Origin: Rhizobacter sp.
GTDB taxonomy: Bacteria; Pseudomonadota; Gammaproteobacteria; Burkholderiales; Burkholderiaceae_C
DNA length: 35,679 nucleotides
Direction of reading: 5' to 3'
Assembly (NCBI GenBank): GCA_036402415.1
Contig: DASWSY010000088.1
Location: forward strand, 1-35,679
Numbering within the stretch: position 1 is the stretch's first letter; each line of letters starts with the position of its first letter. The position numbers were made by a program, and so were the translations under genes. Below are positions 19,912 through 29,308 of this stretch, piece after piece. The notes below the pieces were generated by a model. That model ran no database searches, was not told the origin of the DNA, and saw only the letters and a list, made by a program, of their open reading frames with translations.

Positions 19912-21252
19912 ATGAGCGCCTCCCTCGCTGCGGCCGCGCCGCCGTCCGGGGTGCTGCTGAAGCAGGTGATGGCGCTGGCGGCGCCGACCACCTTGCTCGC
20001 GCTGCTGCAGGTCGGCGCGCAGCTCTTCGAGACCTGGCTCGCCGCGCGCCAGGGCACTGCGGCGCTGGCCGGTTGGGCGGTGCTGCTGCCGTTTGCGCTC
20101 TTGCTGCAGCAGATGTCGGCCGGGGCGATGGGCGGAGGCGTGGTCTCGGCGGTGGCGCGCACGCTCGGTGCCGGCAAGCGCGACGAGGCTACGGCGCTGG
20201 TGCTGCACGCGCTCATCATCGCGGTGAGCTTCGGCCTGGTGTTCGCGCTCGGCCTGTCGGTATTCGCGCGGCCCATGCTCACCGCGGTGGCCGGGGCCGA
20301 GGCGGCCGAGGCCGCGACGGTCTACGCGTTCTGGCTGTTCGGCCTCGGAGCGATCCCGGCGTGGCTCGCGAACACGCTGGCCTCGGTGCTGCGGGGCGGC
20401 GGCCAACACGCGGTGGCGGCGCGCACGCTGCTGCTGACCGCGGTCGCCTTCCCCGTGCTGGCTTGGCTGTTGGCCGAACCGGCAGGCTTTGGCCTGGCCG
20501 GCGTGGGCGCGGCGCAGGCGCTGGTGCAGTGCGTGGCGGCCGGGGCGATGGCCTTCGTGGTGTTTCGCGGCGGGGCGGGCTTCGTGCCGAGCCTGCGCGC
20601 GCAACCGTCGTGGCAGCTCTTCAAGCGCATCCTTGCGGTGGGTGCGATCGCCTGCACGCTCGCGGCGGTGGCCAACCTCACCACCATCCTCGTCACCGCG
20701 CAACTCAAAGGCTATGGCGTGGCGGCGGTGGCGGCCTACGGCATCGCGGCGCGGCTCGAATTCCTCATCGTGCCGCTGGCCTTCGGCGTGGGCTCGGCGC
20801 TCACCGCACTGGTCGGGCGCGCGGTGGGCGCGGGCGACTGGCCCACGGCGCGGCGCACGGCCTGGGTGGGCGGTGCGGTGTCGCTGCTGGTGTCGGGTGG
20901 TGTGGGCCTGCTGGTGGCGCTGTGGCCGCTGCAGTTCGCACTCTTCTTCACGAGTGACCTGCAGGTGGCGACGATCGCCGCCCGCGGGCTGCAGTACACC
21001 GGGCTTGCCTTCGGGGGTTTCGGCCTCGGCATGGCGATGTACTTCGGCTGCATGGGCGCCGGCCGGATGGTCTGGCCGGTGGTGGCGGGGCTCGCGCGCA
21101 TCACCCTCGCGGTGGGTTTCGGGTGGTGGCTCGCCCACGGTCTGGGCCTCGGCCTCGAAGGCCATTTCATCGGCGTGGCGTTGGGAATCGCGGCCTACGG
21201 GGTCATCACCGCGTCGAGCGTGCGGCCCGGCGTCTGGCCCGGCGCACGCTGA
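19912..21252 (+). CDS. MATE-family efflux transporter
   Basis: About 12 TMs, LAAP..., GAMGGGVVSAVAR.LGAG, AAYGIAARLEF..PLAFG.G. Confidence 0.85.
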   Translation: MSASLAAAAPPSGVLLKQVMALAAPTTLLALLQVGAQLFETWLAARQGTAALAGWAVLLPFALLLQQMSAGAMGGGVVSAVARTLGAGKRDEATALVLHALIIAVSFGLVFALGLSVFARPMLTAVAGAEAAEAATVYAFWLFGLGAIPAWLANTLASVLRGGGQHAVAARTLLLTAVAFPVLAWLLAEPAGFGLAGVGAAQALVQCVAAGAMAFVVFRGGAGFVPSLRAQPSWQLFKRILAVGAIACTLAAVANLTTILVTAQLKGYGVAAVAAYGIAARLEFLIVPLAFGVGSALTALVGRAVGAGDWPTARRTAWVGGAVSLLVSGGVGLLVALWPLQFALFFTSDLQVATIAARGLQYTGLAFGGFGLGMAMYFGCMGAGRMVWPVVAGLARITLAVGFGWWLAHGLGLGLEGHFIGVALGIAAYGVITASSVRPGVWPGAR

Positions 21253-21410
21253 GCTTGTCCCTGCTCGTCGAAGGGCGGTACATCGGTTGCTGCGTGGGGT
21301 CTCGTGGACTCGTTGCAACCCGGGCGAGGCCCTCCCACGCCGTCTTGCTGCAAAACCTACCCGTTACCGGCAAGCGCGGTTGTCGAACATCCATCACTGA
21401 AGGAGAACCG

Positions 21411-21629
21411 ATGAAACGCCTCACCACGCTCACGCTCGCCCTGATCGCCGCCGGAGGCCTGACCCTCGCCGGCTGCGACAAGCGTGACGACATGCCCCCG
21501 ACCAGCGCCGGCCCCGGCACGACCACGACGCCGAGCGACACCACGCCGGGGACCACGACCACGCCCGCGCCGACCGATACCACTCCCACCTCGCCCGCCA
21601 TGCCGCCGGCCTCGGCGGCGAGCCAGTGA
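21411..21629 (+). CDS. Small Pro/Thr-rich lipoprotein
   Basis: AAGGAG RBS; MKR-hydrophobic-LAGC lipobox; low-complexity tail. Confidence 0.8.
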   Translation: MKRLTTLTLALIAAGGLTLAGCDKRDDMPPTSAGPGTTTTPSDTTPGTTTTPAPTDTTPTSPAMPPASAASQ

Positions 21630-22594
21630 AGCGGCGCGAGCTGCGAGGCCGCACTGTCGTCCTGACAGGCGCCAGCAGCGGCATCGGCCGCGCCACGGCG
21701 CTGGCCTTTGCCGACGCCGGTGCGCACCTGGTGCTGGCGGCGCGCAACCAGGCGCCGCTGCACGACGTGGCGGAGCAGTGTCGTGCCTGCGGCGCCCAGG
21801 CGATCGTCGTGCCGACCGACGTGACCCAGGCCGATCAGGTGCGAGCGCTCGCGGCTGCGGCCGTCGAGCGCTTCAGCGCCATCGACGTCTGGGTCAACAA
21901 CGTCGGTGTGGGCGCGGTCGGTTCTTTCACCGAGACGCCGATCGAGGCGCACCGGCGTGTGATCGAGGCCAACCTGCTCGGCCACTTCCACGGCGCGCAT
22001 GCGGTGCTGCGGCACTTCATGGCGCGCAAGCAGGGCGTGCTCATCAACATGATCTCGCTCGGCGCCTGGGCCGCCGCGCCGTATGCGGCGGCCTATTCGG
22101 CGAGCAAGTTCGGCCTGCGCGGCTTCAGCGAGGCGCTGCGCGGCGAGATGTCGGGCTGGCCCGACATCCATGTGTGCGACGTGTACCCCGCCTTCATGGA
22201 CACGCCCGGCATGGCGCATGCGGCCAACTACACCGGCCGCCGGCTGCGGCCCGCGCCGCCGCTCTACGACCCGCGCCTGGCGGCCGAGGCCATCGTGTTG
22301 CTCGCACGCGAGCCGCGGCCCTCGGTCACCGTGGGCGCCGCCGCGACGGCCCTGCGCGCGGGCCATGCGGTGTCGCCGCTGCTGTCGAGCTGGATCGGTG
22401 CCCGCGTGGTCGAGCGCTACCTGCGCCAGGCCGACACCGCACCCAAGGGTGACGGCAACCTCTACACGCCGTCCATCGGCCATGCGATCGACGGCGGCTT
22501 CCGCCAGGGGCACAAGCCCAACCGCTGGTGGATGTGGGCGGCGCTGGGCGGTGCGCTGTGGCTGGGCGCGCAGGCGGTGAAGCGCCCGCGCTAG
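21626..22594 (+). CDS. SDR-family oxidoreductase with C-terminal hydrophobic tail
   Basis: TGASSGIG, NNVG, YSASK; GTGA overlap with the lipoprotein stop. Confidence 0.9.
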   Translation: MKRRELRGRTVVLTGASSGIGRATALAFADAGAHLVLAARNQAPLHDVAEQCRACGAQAIVVPTDVTQADQVRALAAAAVERFSAIDVWVNNVGVGAVGSFTETPIEAHRRVIEANLLGHFHGAHAVLRHFMARKQGVLINMISLGAWAAAPYAAAYSASKFGLRGFSEALRGEMSGWPDIHVCDVYPAFMDTPGMAHAANYTGRRLRPAPPLYDPRLAAEAIVLLAREPRPSVTVGAAATALRAGHAVSPLLSSWIGARVVERYLRQADTAPKGDGNLYTPSIGHAIDGGFRQGHKPNRWWMWAALGGALWLGAQAVKRPR

Positions 22595-22602
22595 GGCTTC
22601 TT

Positions 22603-23376
22603 TCAGTACATGCGCGTGGCGCCGCCGCCATCGACGGCCAGCACGGCGCCGTTCACATAGCTGGCCGCGCCCGAGCACAGCCAGACGATGGCCTGCGCGG
22701 GCTCTTCCGCCCGCCCGAGCCGGTTCATGCCGCAGTGCCGGGCCGTCAGCGCACGGTAGCGCTCGGCGGCGCCCGGCCGATCGGGGTCGACCATCTCCGA
22801 GCGGGTGAAGCCCGGCGCGACGGCGTTGATGCGCAGGCCCATCTGGCCGTAGTCGGACGCGGCCGACTGGGTGAGGCCGACGACGCCGAACTTGCTCGTC
22901 GAATACGACCCGTGGCCGATGTCGCTCGGCTTGAGCCCGTAGATCGACGCCACGTTGACGATGGCGCCGCCACCGCCTTGCAGCAGCGCCGGGATCTCGT
23001 GCTTCATGCTCAGCCACACGCCCTTCAGGTTCACGCCCATCACCTCGTCCCATTGCGCTTCGGTCACGTCGGCGATGGGCGTGAAGCGCGGCCCGGCGAC
23101 ACCGGCGTTGTTGACGGCGCAGTCGAGCCGGCCGAAGCGGGCCAGCGCCGAGGCCACCATGCGCTCGACGTCGCCGGCGCGGCTCACGTCGGCCTGCACG
23201 AAGAGCGCCTCGCCGCCCGCGGCCTCGATGCGCTGCACGACACGCGCGCCCTGGTCGGCGCGCCGTGCCGCCACCACGACCCTGGCGCCTTCCTCCGCAA
23301 AGCGCAGCGCGGTGGCCTCGCCCAGGCCGGAGCTCGCGCCCGTCACCAGCGCCACCTTGCCCGACAAGCTCGTCAT
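22603..23376 (-). CDS. Classical SDR-family oxidoreductase
   Basis: TGASSGLG, NNAG, YSTSK, RINAVAPG, VDGG. Confidence 0.92.
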   Translation of the reverse strand: MTSLSGKVALVTGASSGLGEATALRFAEEGARVVVAARRADQGARVVQRIEAAGGEALFVQADVSRAGDVERMVASALARFGRLDCAVNNAGVAGPRFTPIADVTEAQWDEVMGVNLKGVWLSMKHEIPALLQGGGGAIVNVASIYGLKPSDIGHGSYSTSKFGVVGLTQSAASDYGQMGLRINAVAPGFTRSEMVDPDRPGAAERYRALTARHCGMNRLGRAEEPAQAIVWLCSGAASYVNGAVLAVDGGGATRMY

Positions 23377-23389
23377 GCCGTGCTCCCCC

Positions 23390-24655
23390 TCAGTCGGGCC
23401 GCTGCATCTTGCAGCTCGCCTGCACCGGCCCGGCCGCTTCCTCGGCGGAGAAGACCTTCACCGGCTTGAAGCCCATGTCGGTGTTGTCGGCCTTGTACTT
23501 CGCATCCTTGGTGACCACCGAGACGACCATCGGCATCAGCACCTGGTGGTCGGCGGCGCGCATGCTCACCTCGCCCATCGGCGTGCGGATGCGCGTGGTC
23601 TCCAGCGCCTTGGCGAAGGCGTTGACGTTGAGCACGCCGCCTTGTGGCCGGGTCGCCTTCAGCGCCGCGGCCACCATCTCCAGGCCGAACGCGGCCTGCG
23701 GTTCCACGAACACCGGCACGTGCCCGGTCTTGGCCTTGAAGTCCTCGACGAAGCGGGTGCTGTCGGCGCCGCCCGCCTCGGGGTTGAAGGCGTGGGCGAT
23801 GAAGTGCCCGAGCGCGGTGTCGCCCGCGTTGGCGATGTTGCCCGGCTGGTCGAGGAACACCGTGCCGAAGCGCGCCTTCAGGCCCGCCGCCTTCGAGGCC
23901 TTCATCAGCAGCAGCAGGTCGTTCGACCAGTTGCCGGTGATCACCGTCTCGGCACCGCTGGCGCTGATCTTGGCCACGTAGGGCGAGAAGTCCTGGATCT
24001 TGTTGGTGTCGTGCAGGGTCTTCTCGACCACCTGGTAGCCACCGGCGCCGGCGTTGTCGACGATGGCGCGTTCCATGTCCTGGCCCCAGGAATAGTTCTG
24101 GTTGATGGCGTAGACCTTGGTGCCGAGCGTGCCGGCCTGCTTCATGCCGGCGACGAGGGCCTTGGTGCGCACCACCGAGTTCCCGGTGAAGCGGAAGTGG
24201 TGGAAGTTGCACTTCTCGCCGGTCAGCTCCATCGCCTCGGCGCCGACGTTGATGTAGACGATCTCCTTGCCCGGGTTGCGCAGGTTGTGCTTGCGCACGT
24301 CTTCGGTGATCTGGCCACCGATGGCCGACGACGCGCCCTGCACGACGATCTGCACGCCGTCGGCGATGGCCGCCTTGAGCTTGTCGGAGGCGCCGGCCGG
24401 GCCGCCCTGGTTGTCGTACTCGACGAGCTGCACCGGCTGGCCGTTCCAGCCGCCGCTCGCATTCAGCTTGTCGATCGCGTAGCGAACGCCGGAGCGGAAC
24501 GACTGGCCGGTCGAGGCCTGAGGCCCCGAGAGGGTTTCGAGCAGGCCGATCTTCACGGGCGTGGCCTGGGCCAGTCCGCTCAGGCCGCCCAGGGCGGCGA
24601 GGGTGGTCATTGCGGGCAGGGCGCGGCGCGCCGCGTTGCACAGGGCGTCATGCAT
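23390..24655 (-). CDS. LivJ-like (branched-chain amino acid class) ABC substrate-binding protein, orphan
   Basis: Signal peptide, VKIG....LSGP.A..G, INQNYSWG, DFSPYVAKI, TPMG; AAGGAG RBS. Confidence 0.88.
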   Translation of the reverse strand: MHDALCNAARRALPAMTTLAALGGLSGLAQATPVKIGLLETLSGPQASTGQSFRSGVRYAIDKLNASGGWNGQPVQLVEYDNQGGPAGASDKLKAAIADGVQIVVQGASSAIGGQITEDVRKHNLRNPGKEIVYINVGAEAMELTGEKCNFHHFRFTGNSVVRTKALVAGMKQAGTLGTKVYAINQNYSWGQDMERAIVDNAGAGGYQVVEKTLHDTNKIQDFSPYVAKISASGAETVITGNWSNDLLLLMKASKAAGLKARFGTVFLDQPGNIANAGDTALGHFIAHAFNPEAGGADSTRFVEDFKAKTGHVPVFVEPQAAFGLEMVAAALKATRPQGGVLNVNAFAKALETTRIRTPMGEVSMRAADHQVLMPMVVSVVTKDAKYKADNTDMGFKPVKVFSAEEAAGPVQASCKMQRPD

Positions 24656-24693
24656 GGGATGTCTCCTTGAGGTGGGGGTGATCGGGGGCGGAC

Positions 24694-27600
24694 TCAGTTC
24701 TGCACCGAGATGGCCTTGGCGGTGGGGGTGGCGTCGAAGCGCAGCGAGGCGGGCCAGACCGGCCAGGTGACGCCGAGCGCGGCGTTGTTGGGGTCGCCGT
24801 GGCGCGCGAAGGCGCCGATGCTGCGCATCATGGCGTCCGACAGCGCGAGCCGGCCGGCGCGGTTGGCGGTGGTGAACGAGACGTTCGCGTAGAGCGAGGG
24901 CGCGAAGTTGCCGAAGACGAAGGGCAGGTCGAACGCGTGCGCCGCGCCGAAGATGTCGTCGAAGGGCGCCGGCAGCTCGTCCCAGTCGAAGCGGTAGTGC
25001 CAGATGTTGCTCTGCCGCGTCTGCAGGGCCGCGATCATGCTGTCGCGGCTGTTCAGGAAGAAGATGCGGTTGAGCTGCTCGGTGCGTGCGTTCCAGCCGG
25101 TGGTGGGCGTGGTGACCGGCAGGTACGAAGCCGGGATCCACTGCTCCAGCGTCGTTTGCGGCGCCGCGTTCGGCTGGTAGCCGTAGGCGATCGAGAACAC
25201 CGTCGCGTCGTTGATGAGCCGCCCGACCGCGCCACCCACGAGCGGCAGCAGGGTCGGGAAGAGCTTGCCCTCGTCGCGCGTGTTGCCCATCAGCACCGGG
25301 CCCTGCACGTACAGGCCGGCGCGGATGGCGGCGATCGGGTTGAGCGGCACCACGTGGCCGTCGCCGATGGGGCCGGAGCCGCCGGCGCCGATCGGCGCGA
25401 GCTGCGTCACCACCGTCTGCCAGATCGTGTCGGCGCTCTTGCCGCGCACGTAGGCCGCGATCTGCGCCGGCGTCTGCGAGGCGATGTAGGCCGAGGCGGC
25501 GGTGAGGTCGGGCGCCAGCCCGTCGGCGATCACGAGGCGGGCGAGGAAGTAGTCGGCCTGGCCGCGGAAGTCCGACGGCGCCGCCATGGTCGCGATGCTG
25601 CCGGCCGGCAGCTCGCTCGCCGGCGAGAGCCCGCCGCTGATGGGCAGCAGCTTGTGCACGAGCGCGGGGCTTGCGGCCACGACGATCGGCGAGGTCATCA
25701 CCGCGAAGACGTTCACCGCGCCGGCCGACTGGCCCATCAGCGTCACGTTGCCGGCATTGCCGCCGAAGTTCGCGATGTTGCGGTTGACGAACTGCAGCGC
25801 CTTGATGATGTCGAGGATGGCGAAGTTGCCCGAGTCGTCGAGCGGGTCGGTGCCGCTCTTGAGCTGGCCGAGGTTGAAGAAGCCGAGCAGGCCCAGCCGG
25901 TAGTTCACCGACACGACCACCGCATTCGCGCTGCGCGCGAGGTTGGCGCCGTCGTACACCGGGTCGGCGGTGTAGCCGGTGATGTTGCTGCCGCCGTGCA
26001 CCCACACGATCACCGGCAGGTCGGTCGTGGCGTTCGCGGGGCGCCACACGTTGAGGTACAGGCAGTCCTCGGAGCCGACGGTCTGACCGAGGCTCGTGCC
26101 GATGGTCGCGTCGTAGCGGTTGTTCTGGCCCGGCCCGTAGAGCCGTCCGGCGGAGGCGCAGGCGTTGCCGAAGGTCTGCGTGTAGCGCGGCGTGGTCCAG
26201 GGCTCGGCCTCGGCCGGCGCGCGCCAGCGCAGGTCGCCCACCGGCGCCCGCGCGAAGGGGATGCCCTTCCAGGCGTAGGTGCCGCTGGTGGCCGAGAGAT
26301 CGCTGCCGATCACGGTGCCCAGGTGCGTGCTGCGCTGGGTCAGCGGCACGCCTTCGTGCGGCACGCAGGTGAACGACGCGTCGGCGTTCACGTCGCCGCT
26401 GCCGTTGTAGCGGGCCCAGCGCGGGTACTCGCACAGCGGCCGGGTGCGGGTGACGCTGCCCGAGGCGGTGTCACCCATCACCTGCGGCGCGGGGGCGGTG
26501 CCCTGCTCGACCCATTGTTCGAGCGCGGTGAGCGAATCCCAGGCCACGTTGAAGGCGGTGCTCAGCGCATGGCCGTAACCCGGGGCCTCGTAGTAGCGCA
26601 CGAACCGGTCCACCTCGGCCGGGCCCATGCGGGCCTGCAGGCGCTGGTAGTACTCCTCGGTGCCGCGCGAGCTCACGAGCACGTCCGACAGGCCGTGCGC
26701 GAGCAGCAGCTTGCCGCCCCTGGCCGCGAAGGCGTCGAGGTCGACCGGCACGTCGAGCAGCGTCGACAGCTCGCTCAGGCGCGGGCCCCAGGGACCGGGG
26801 TTCTCGGGGTCGAGCGAGAGCGAGTTGTAGCCCGGGTCGTGCGTGACGCCGTAGCGGATCATCCCGTCGAGTTGCCGGCTGATGTAGGGCGCGGTGCTCG
26901 GCATCGGGTGCGCCGGCTGCGAGGTGTTGAGGTTGAGGAAGGTGATGGTCGGCTGCAGCGGGCTGGGGTTGCTCGTGATGCCGAGGTCCGCACCCCACAC
27001 GTTGTAGCCGGGGTAGCCGGTCTCGCCGCTGGCCATGGTGAAGTTGAATCGCGTCGAGGCGTTCATCGCCTTCAAGGTGGCGATCTGCACGTCCGACAGG
27101 CAGGTGTCGCCGGTGTCGGCGCCGTCGGGGCAGCGCACCGGCGTGCCGTTGAGCGAGGCGGTGGACGGGTCGAAGAGGGCGTTGCAGCGGTTCTGGTTGC
27201 TGATGAGGCCGTCCTGAAGGCCGTCGAGGCCGTCGCAGGCTTCGATGGCCGCGTCGTAGATCAGCTTGCGCTTGGGCGTGCTGGGGTAGGCGCCGGGCTG
27301 GGCCAGGGCGCGGTTGGCGCGGTGGCCGGCGAGCATGGCCGACATCTGCTTCCACGCCGGGTACCAGGCGATGATGCCGGTCCAGTCGTCGGGCCAGCGC
27401 GTGGCCACCTCGAGCGCCTCGCGGCCGCCGGTGGAGCCGCCGGCGAAGTACGACTGCTGGATGGTGGCGTTGCCATAACGTGCGCGGACCAGGAAGGTGG
27501 CCGCGTCGCGCGTCTTCTTCAGCGCCTCGCCGGCCCAGTTGCGCAGCATCTCCTCGTTCATCAGGAAGGTGCCGTCGAGCGAGCCGAGCGCACCGGCCTG

Positions 27601-28068
27601 GTGGCCGCCGTTGCTCGCGAACACGGCATAGCCGCGGCCGATGGGCAGCGGCTGGTCGGCCGGCCCCGCCGGCACGTTGCCGAGCACGTTCGGGATGCTG
27701 CCGTTGAAGCCGCCGCCGCCGAACATCATCGTCTTGCCGTTCCACACGGCGGGCAGGGCGAGGCGGAACTGGATCGCCTCGGCACCCGAGTCGACCGGCG
27801 CGACGCGGCCTTCGACCAGGCAATGCTCCGGGATCACGCGCGCGCCGGTGCCCGAGGCGGCCACGACGGTGGCCGAGGTCACCGTGCCGCCGGTGGTGGG
27901 CAGGCCGATGGCGGAGGCGGGGATGGTGATGCCGGCGAGGTCTGCGCACGCCAGCGGCGCGGCGGGCGGGGGTGCGGGCGGGCTGTCGCTGCCGCCGCCG
28001 CAGGCGGTGGTCGCGGCGGCGGCCGCCATCGCGAACGCGAGGCGGAGCGCGGGGTGGACTGTTTTCAT
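24694..28068 (-). CDS. Lipoprotein fusion: tannase/feruloyl esterase domain + type-B carboxylesterase domain
   Basis: Lipobox TTAC. Tannase: WNGK...GGGGFNG, GGSTGGRE, CDGLDG, HGLSD, GYGH, RPLCEYP...SFTC. COesterase: WKGIPFA..PVGDLRW, SEDCLYLNVW, HGGS, NYRLG, GQSAG, GNTRDE, GAAHAFDL. Confidence 0.9.
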   Translation of the reverse strand: MKTVHPALRLAFAMAAAAATTACGGGSDSPPAPPPAAPLACADLAGITIPASAIGLPTTGGTVTSATVVAASGTGARVIPEHCLVEGRVAPVDSGAEAIQFRLALPAVWNGKTMMFGGGGFNGSIPNVLGNVPAGPADQPLPIGRGYAVFASNGGHQAGALGSLDGTFLMNEEMLRNWAGEALKKTRDAATFLVRARYGNATIQQSYFAGGSTGGREALEVATRWPDDWTGIIAWYPAWKQMSAMLAGHRANRALAQPGAYPSTPKRKLIYDAAIEACDGLDGLQDGLISNQNRCNALFDPSTASLNGTPVRCPDGADTGDTCLSDVQIATLKAMNASTRFNFTMASGETGYPGYNVWGADLGITSNPSPLQPTITFLNLNTSQPAHPMPSTAPYISRQLDGMIRYGVTHDPGYNSLSLDPENPGPWGPRLSELSTLLDVPVDLDAFAARGGKLLLAHGLSDVLVSSRGTEEYYQRLQARMGPAEVDRFVRYYEAPGYGHALSTAFNVAWDSLTALEQWVEQGTAPAPQVMGDTASGSVTRTRPLCEYPRWARYNGSGDVNADASFTCVPHEGVPLTQRSTHLGTVIGSDLSATSGTYAWKGIPFARAPVGDLRWRAPAEAEPWTTPRYTQTFGNACASAGRLYGPGQNNRYDATIGTSLGQTVGSEDCLYLNVWRPANATTDLPVIVWVHGGSNITGYTADPVYDGANLARSANAVVVSVNYRLGLLGFFNLGQLKSGTDPLDDSGNFAILDIIKALQFVNRNIANFGGNAGNVTLMGQSAGAVNVFAVMTSPIVVAASPALVHKLLPISGGLSPASELPAGSIATMAAPSDFRGQADYFLARLVIADGLAPDLTAASAYIASQTPAQIAAYVRGKSADTIWQTVVTQLAPIGAGGSGPIGDGHVVPLNPIAAIRAGLYVQGPVLMGNTRDEGKLFPTLLPLVGGAVGRLINDATVFSIAYGYQPNAAPQTTLEQWIPASYLPVTTPTTGWNARTEQLNRIFFLNSRDSMIAALQTRQSNIWHYRFDWDELPAPFDDIFGAAHAFDLPFVFGNFAPSLYANVSFTTANRAGRLALSDAMMRSIGAFARHGDPNNAALGVTWPVWPASLRFDATPTAKAISVQN

Positions 28069-28307
28069 GGTGTCTCCTGGTCTTGTGGGCGCGCAAACCG
28101 GCGATGCAGGGACACGCGAGACACGGGCCTCGGGGCATGTCGGCAGGCGAAAGCAGTCTGGGCGGGGTGCCGCCGGCGCTCAATGTGGGACCGGCACACC
28201 CGCAGGCCGCGCGCGATGTGCGCGTGGTCCACCGCGAAAACCCGGAGCGGGCTTGCCCGCATGCGGCAGCGGCCGCGCGGGCGATGGCGTCGCCTTTGGC
28301 CGCGACG

Positions 28308-29210
28308 TCAGGGCGCGGCGACGCGGTGCACGCGCGCGAAATCGATGAAGGCCCGCAGCGCCGCCGGCACGTGGCGCTGCTTCGGGAAGTAGAGAAACGG
28401 CTGTCCGAGGCCGGGCGACCAGTCGTCGAGCAGGCGCACCAGCGTGCCGGCCTCCACCTCGCGGTGCACGTAGTGCTCGTGGACGTAGGCGATGCCCGCG
28501 CCGGCCATCGCGGCGTGCACGGCGATCAGCGAGTCGTTCACCGTCAGCGGGCCCTCCGGCTGCACGAGGACCTGCCGGCCTTTTCTCCTGAACACCCATT
28601 CGAACAAGCCGCCGCCCTGGAACCGGCGGCGGATGCAGGGGTGCTGCTTCAGCGCCGTCGGCGACCGCGGCGCGCCATGCTGGCGCAGGTACTGCGGGCC
28701 GGCAACCACCGCGTACCGCTGCGGCGGTCCGATCGGCACGGCCACGGCGTCTTGCTGGAGGTCGTCGTCGAAGCGCACGCCGGCGTCGAAGCCGTCCTTC
28801 ACGATGTCGATCTTGGCGGCCTCGGCGACGATCTCCATCTCGACCTGCGGATGCATGCGCTGGAAGTCCGCTACCAGCGGCGCGAGCAGGAACTGGGCGA
28901 CGGGGGCCGGCGCGTTGATCCGCAGGCGTCCCATCGGGACGCTTCGGTGCGTGTTGAGGTGCTCGACTGCGTTGCGGATCTCGTCGAGCGCCGGCGAGAG
29001 CGGGTTCAGCAACTGCTCGCCCGCCGGGGTGAGTGCCACGCTGCGCGTGGTGCGGCGGAACAACTCGACGCCGAGTTGCTGTTCGAGCCGTCGCACTGTC
29101 TGGCTGACGAGGGCCGGCGACACGCCGAGCTCCAGGGCGGTGCGGCGAAAGCTGCGGTGCCGGGCGACGGCGGTAAAGACTTCGAGGTCGGCGAGCAGGG
29201 TTCTCAGCAT
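28308..29210 (-). CDS. LysR-family regulator (CrgA/PgrR-like)
   Basis: SFRRTALELGVSP..VSQ.VRRLE..LGV.LF.RTTRSVALT.AG; DIVKDGFDAGVR. Confidence 0.9.
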   Translation of the reverse strand: MLRTLLADLEVFTAVARHRSFRRTALELGVSPALVSQTVRRLEQQLGVELFRRTTRSVALTPAGEQLLNPLSPALDEIRNAVEHLNTHRSVPMGRLRINAPAPVAQFLLAPLVADFQRMHPQVEMEIVAEAAKIDIVKDGFDAGVRFDDDLQQDAVAVPIGPPQRYAVVAGPQYLRQHGAPRSPTALKQHPCIRRRFQGGGLFEWVFRRKGRQVLVQPEGPLTVNDSLIAVHAAMAGAGIAYVHEHYVHREVEAGTLVRLLDDWSPGLGQPFLYFPKQRHVPAALRAFIDFARVHRVAAP

Positions 29211-29308
29211 TGTTGAGGCCGGCTGATCAATCTGTTCAGCATTGTGCGGCTGGTGCTTGGCGACGATCTGGCCAAGCATTCGCCTGTCCTCCACACGCCC
29301 TGCACACC

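Noticed and set aside
23390-26434. 1014-aa ORF suggesting a large N-terminally extended binding protein
   Set aside because: The first ~590 aa overlap the esterase in another frame; the real start is ATG 24655 with RBS and signal peptide.
24694-28068. Calling the fusion a MHETase/PET-degrading enzyme
   Set aside because: It lacks the MHETase CS/HC disulfide motif, and no terephthalate catabolic genes or PETase are in the window; family membership alone is insufficient.
28069-28307. GC-rich hairpins upstream of the esterase; LysR 28308-29210 as its regulator
   Set aside because: The hairpins are unremarkable at this GC content; the LysR is divergent from the Kelch gene, its more likely target.
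24799-28392. Very long alternative-frame ORFs (e.g. 24799-28392, 216-3086, 3292-5691, 32270-34828)
   Set aside because: Antisense or frame shadows of real genes in high-GC DNA; low-complexity R/G/A/V content, no family motifs.
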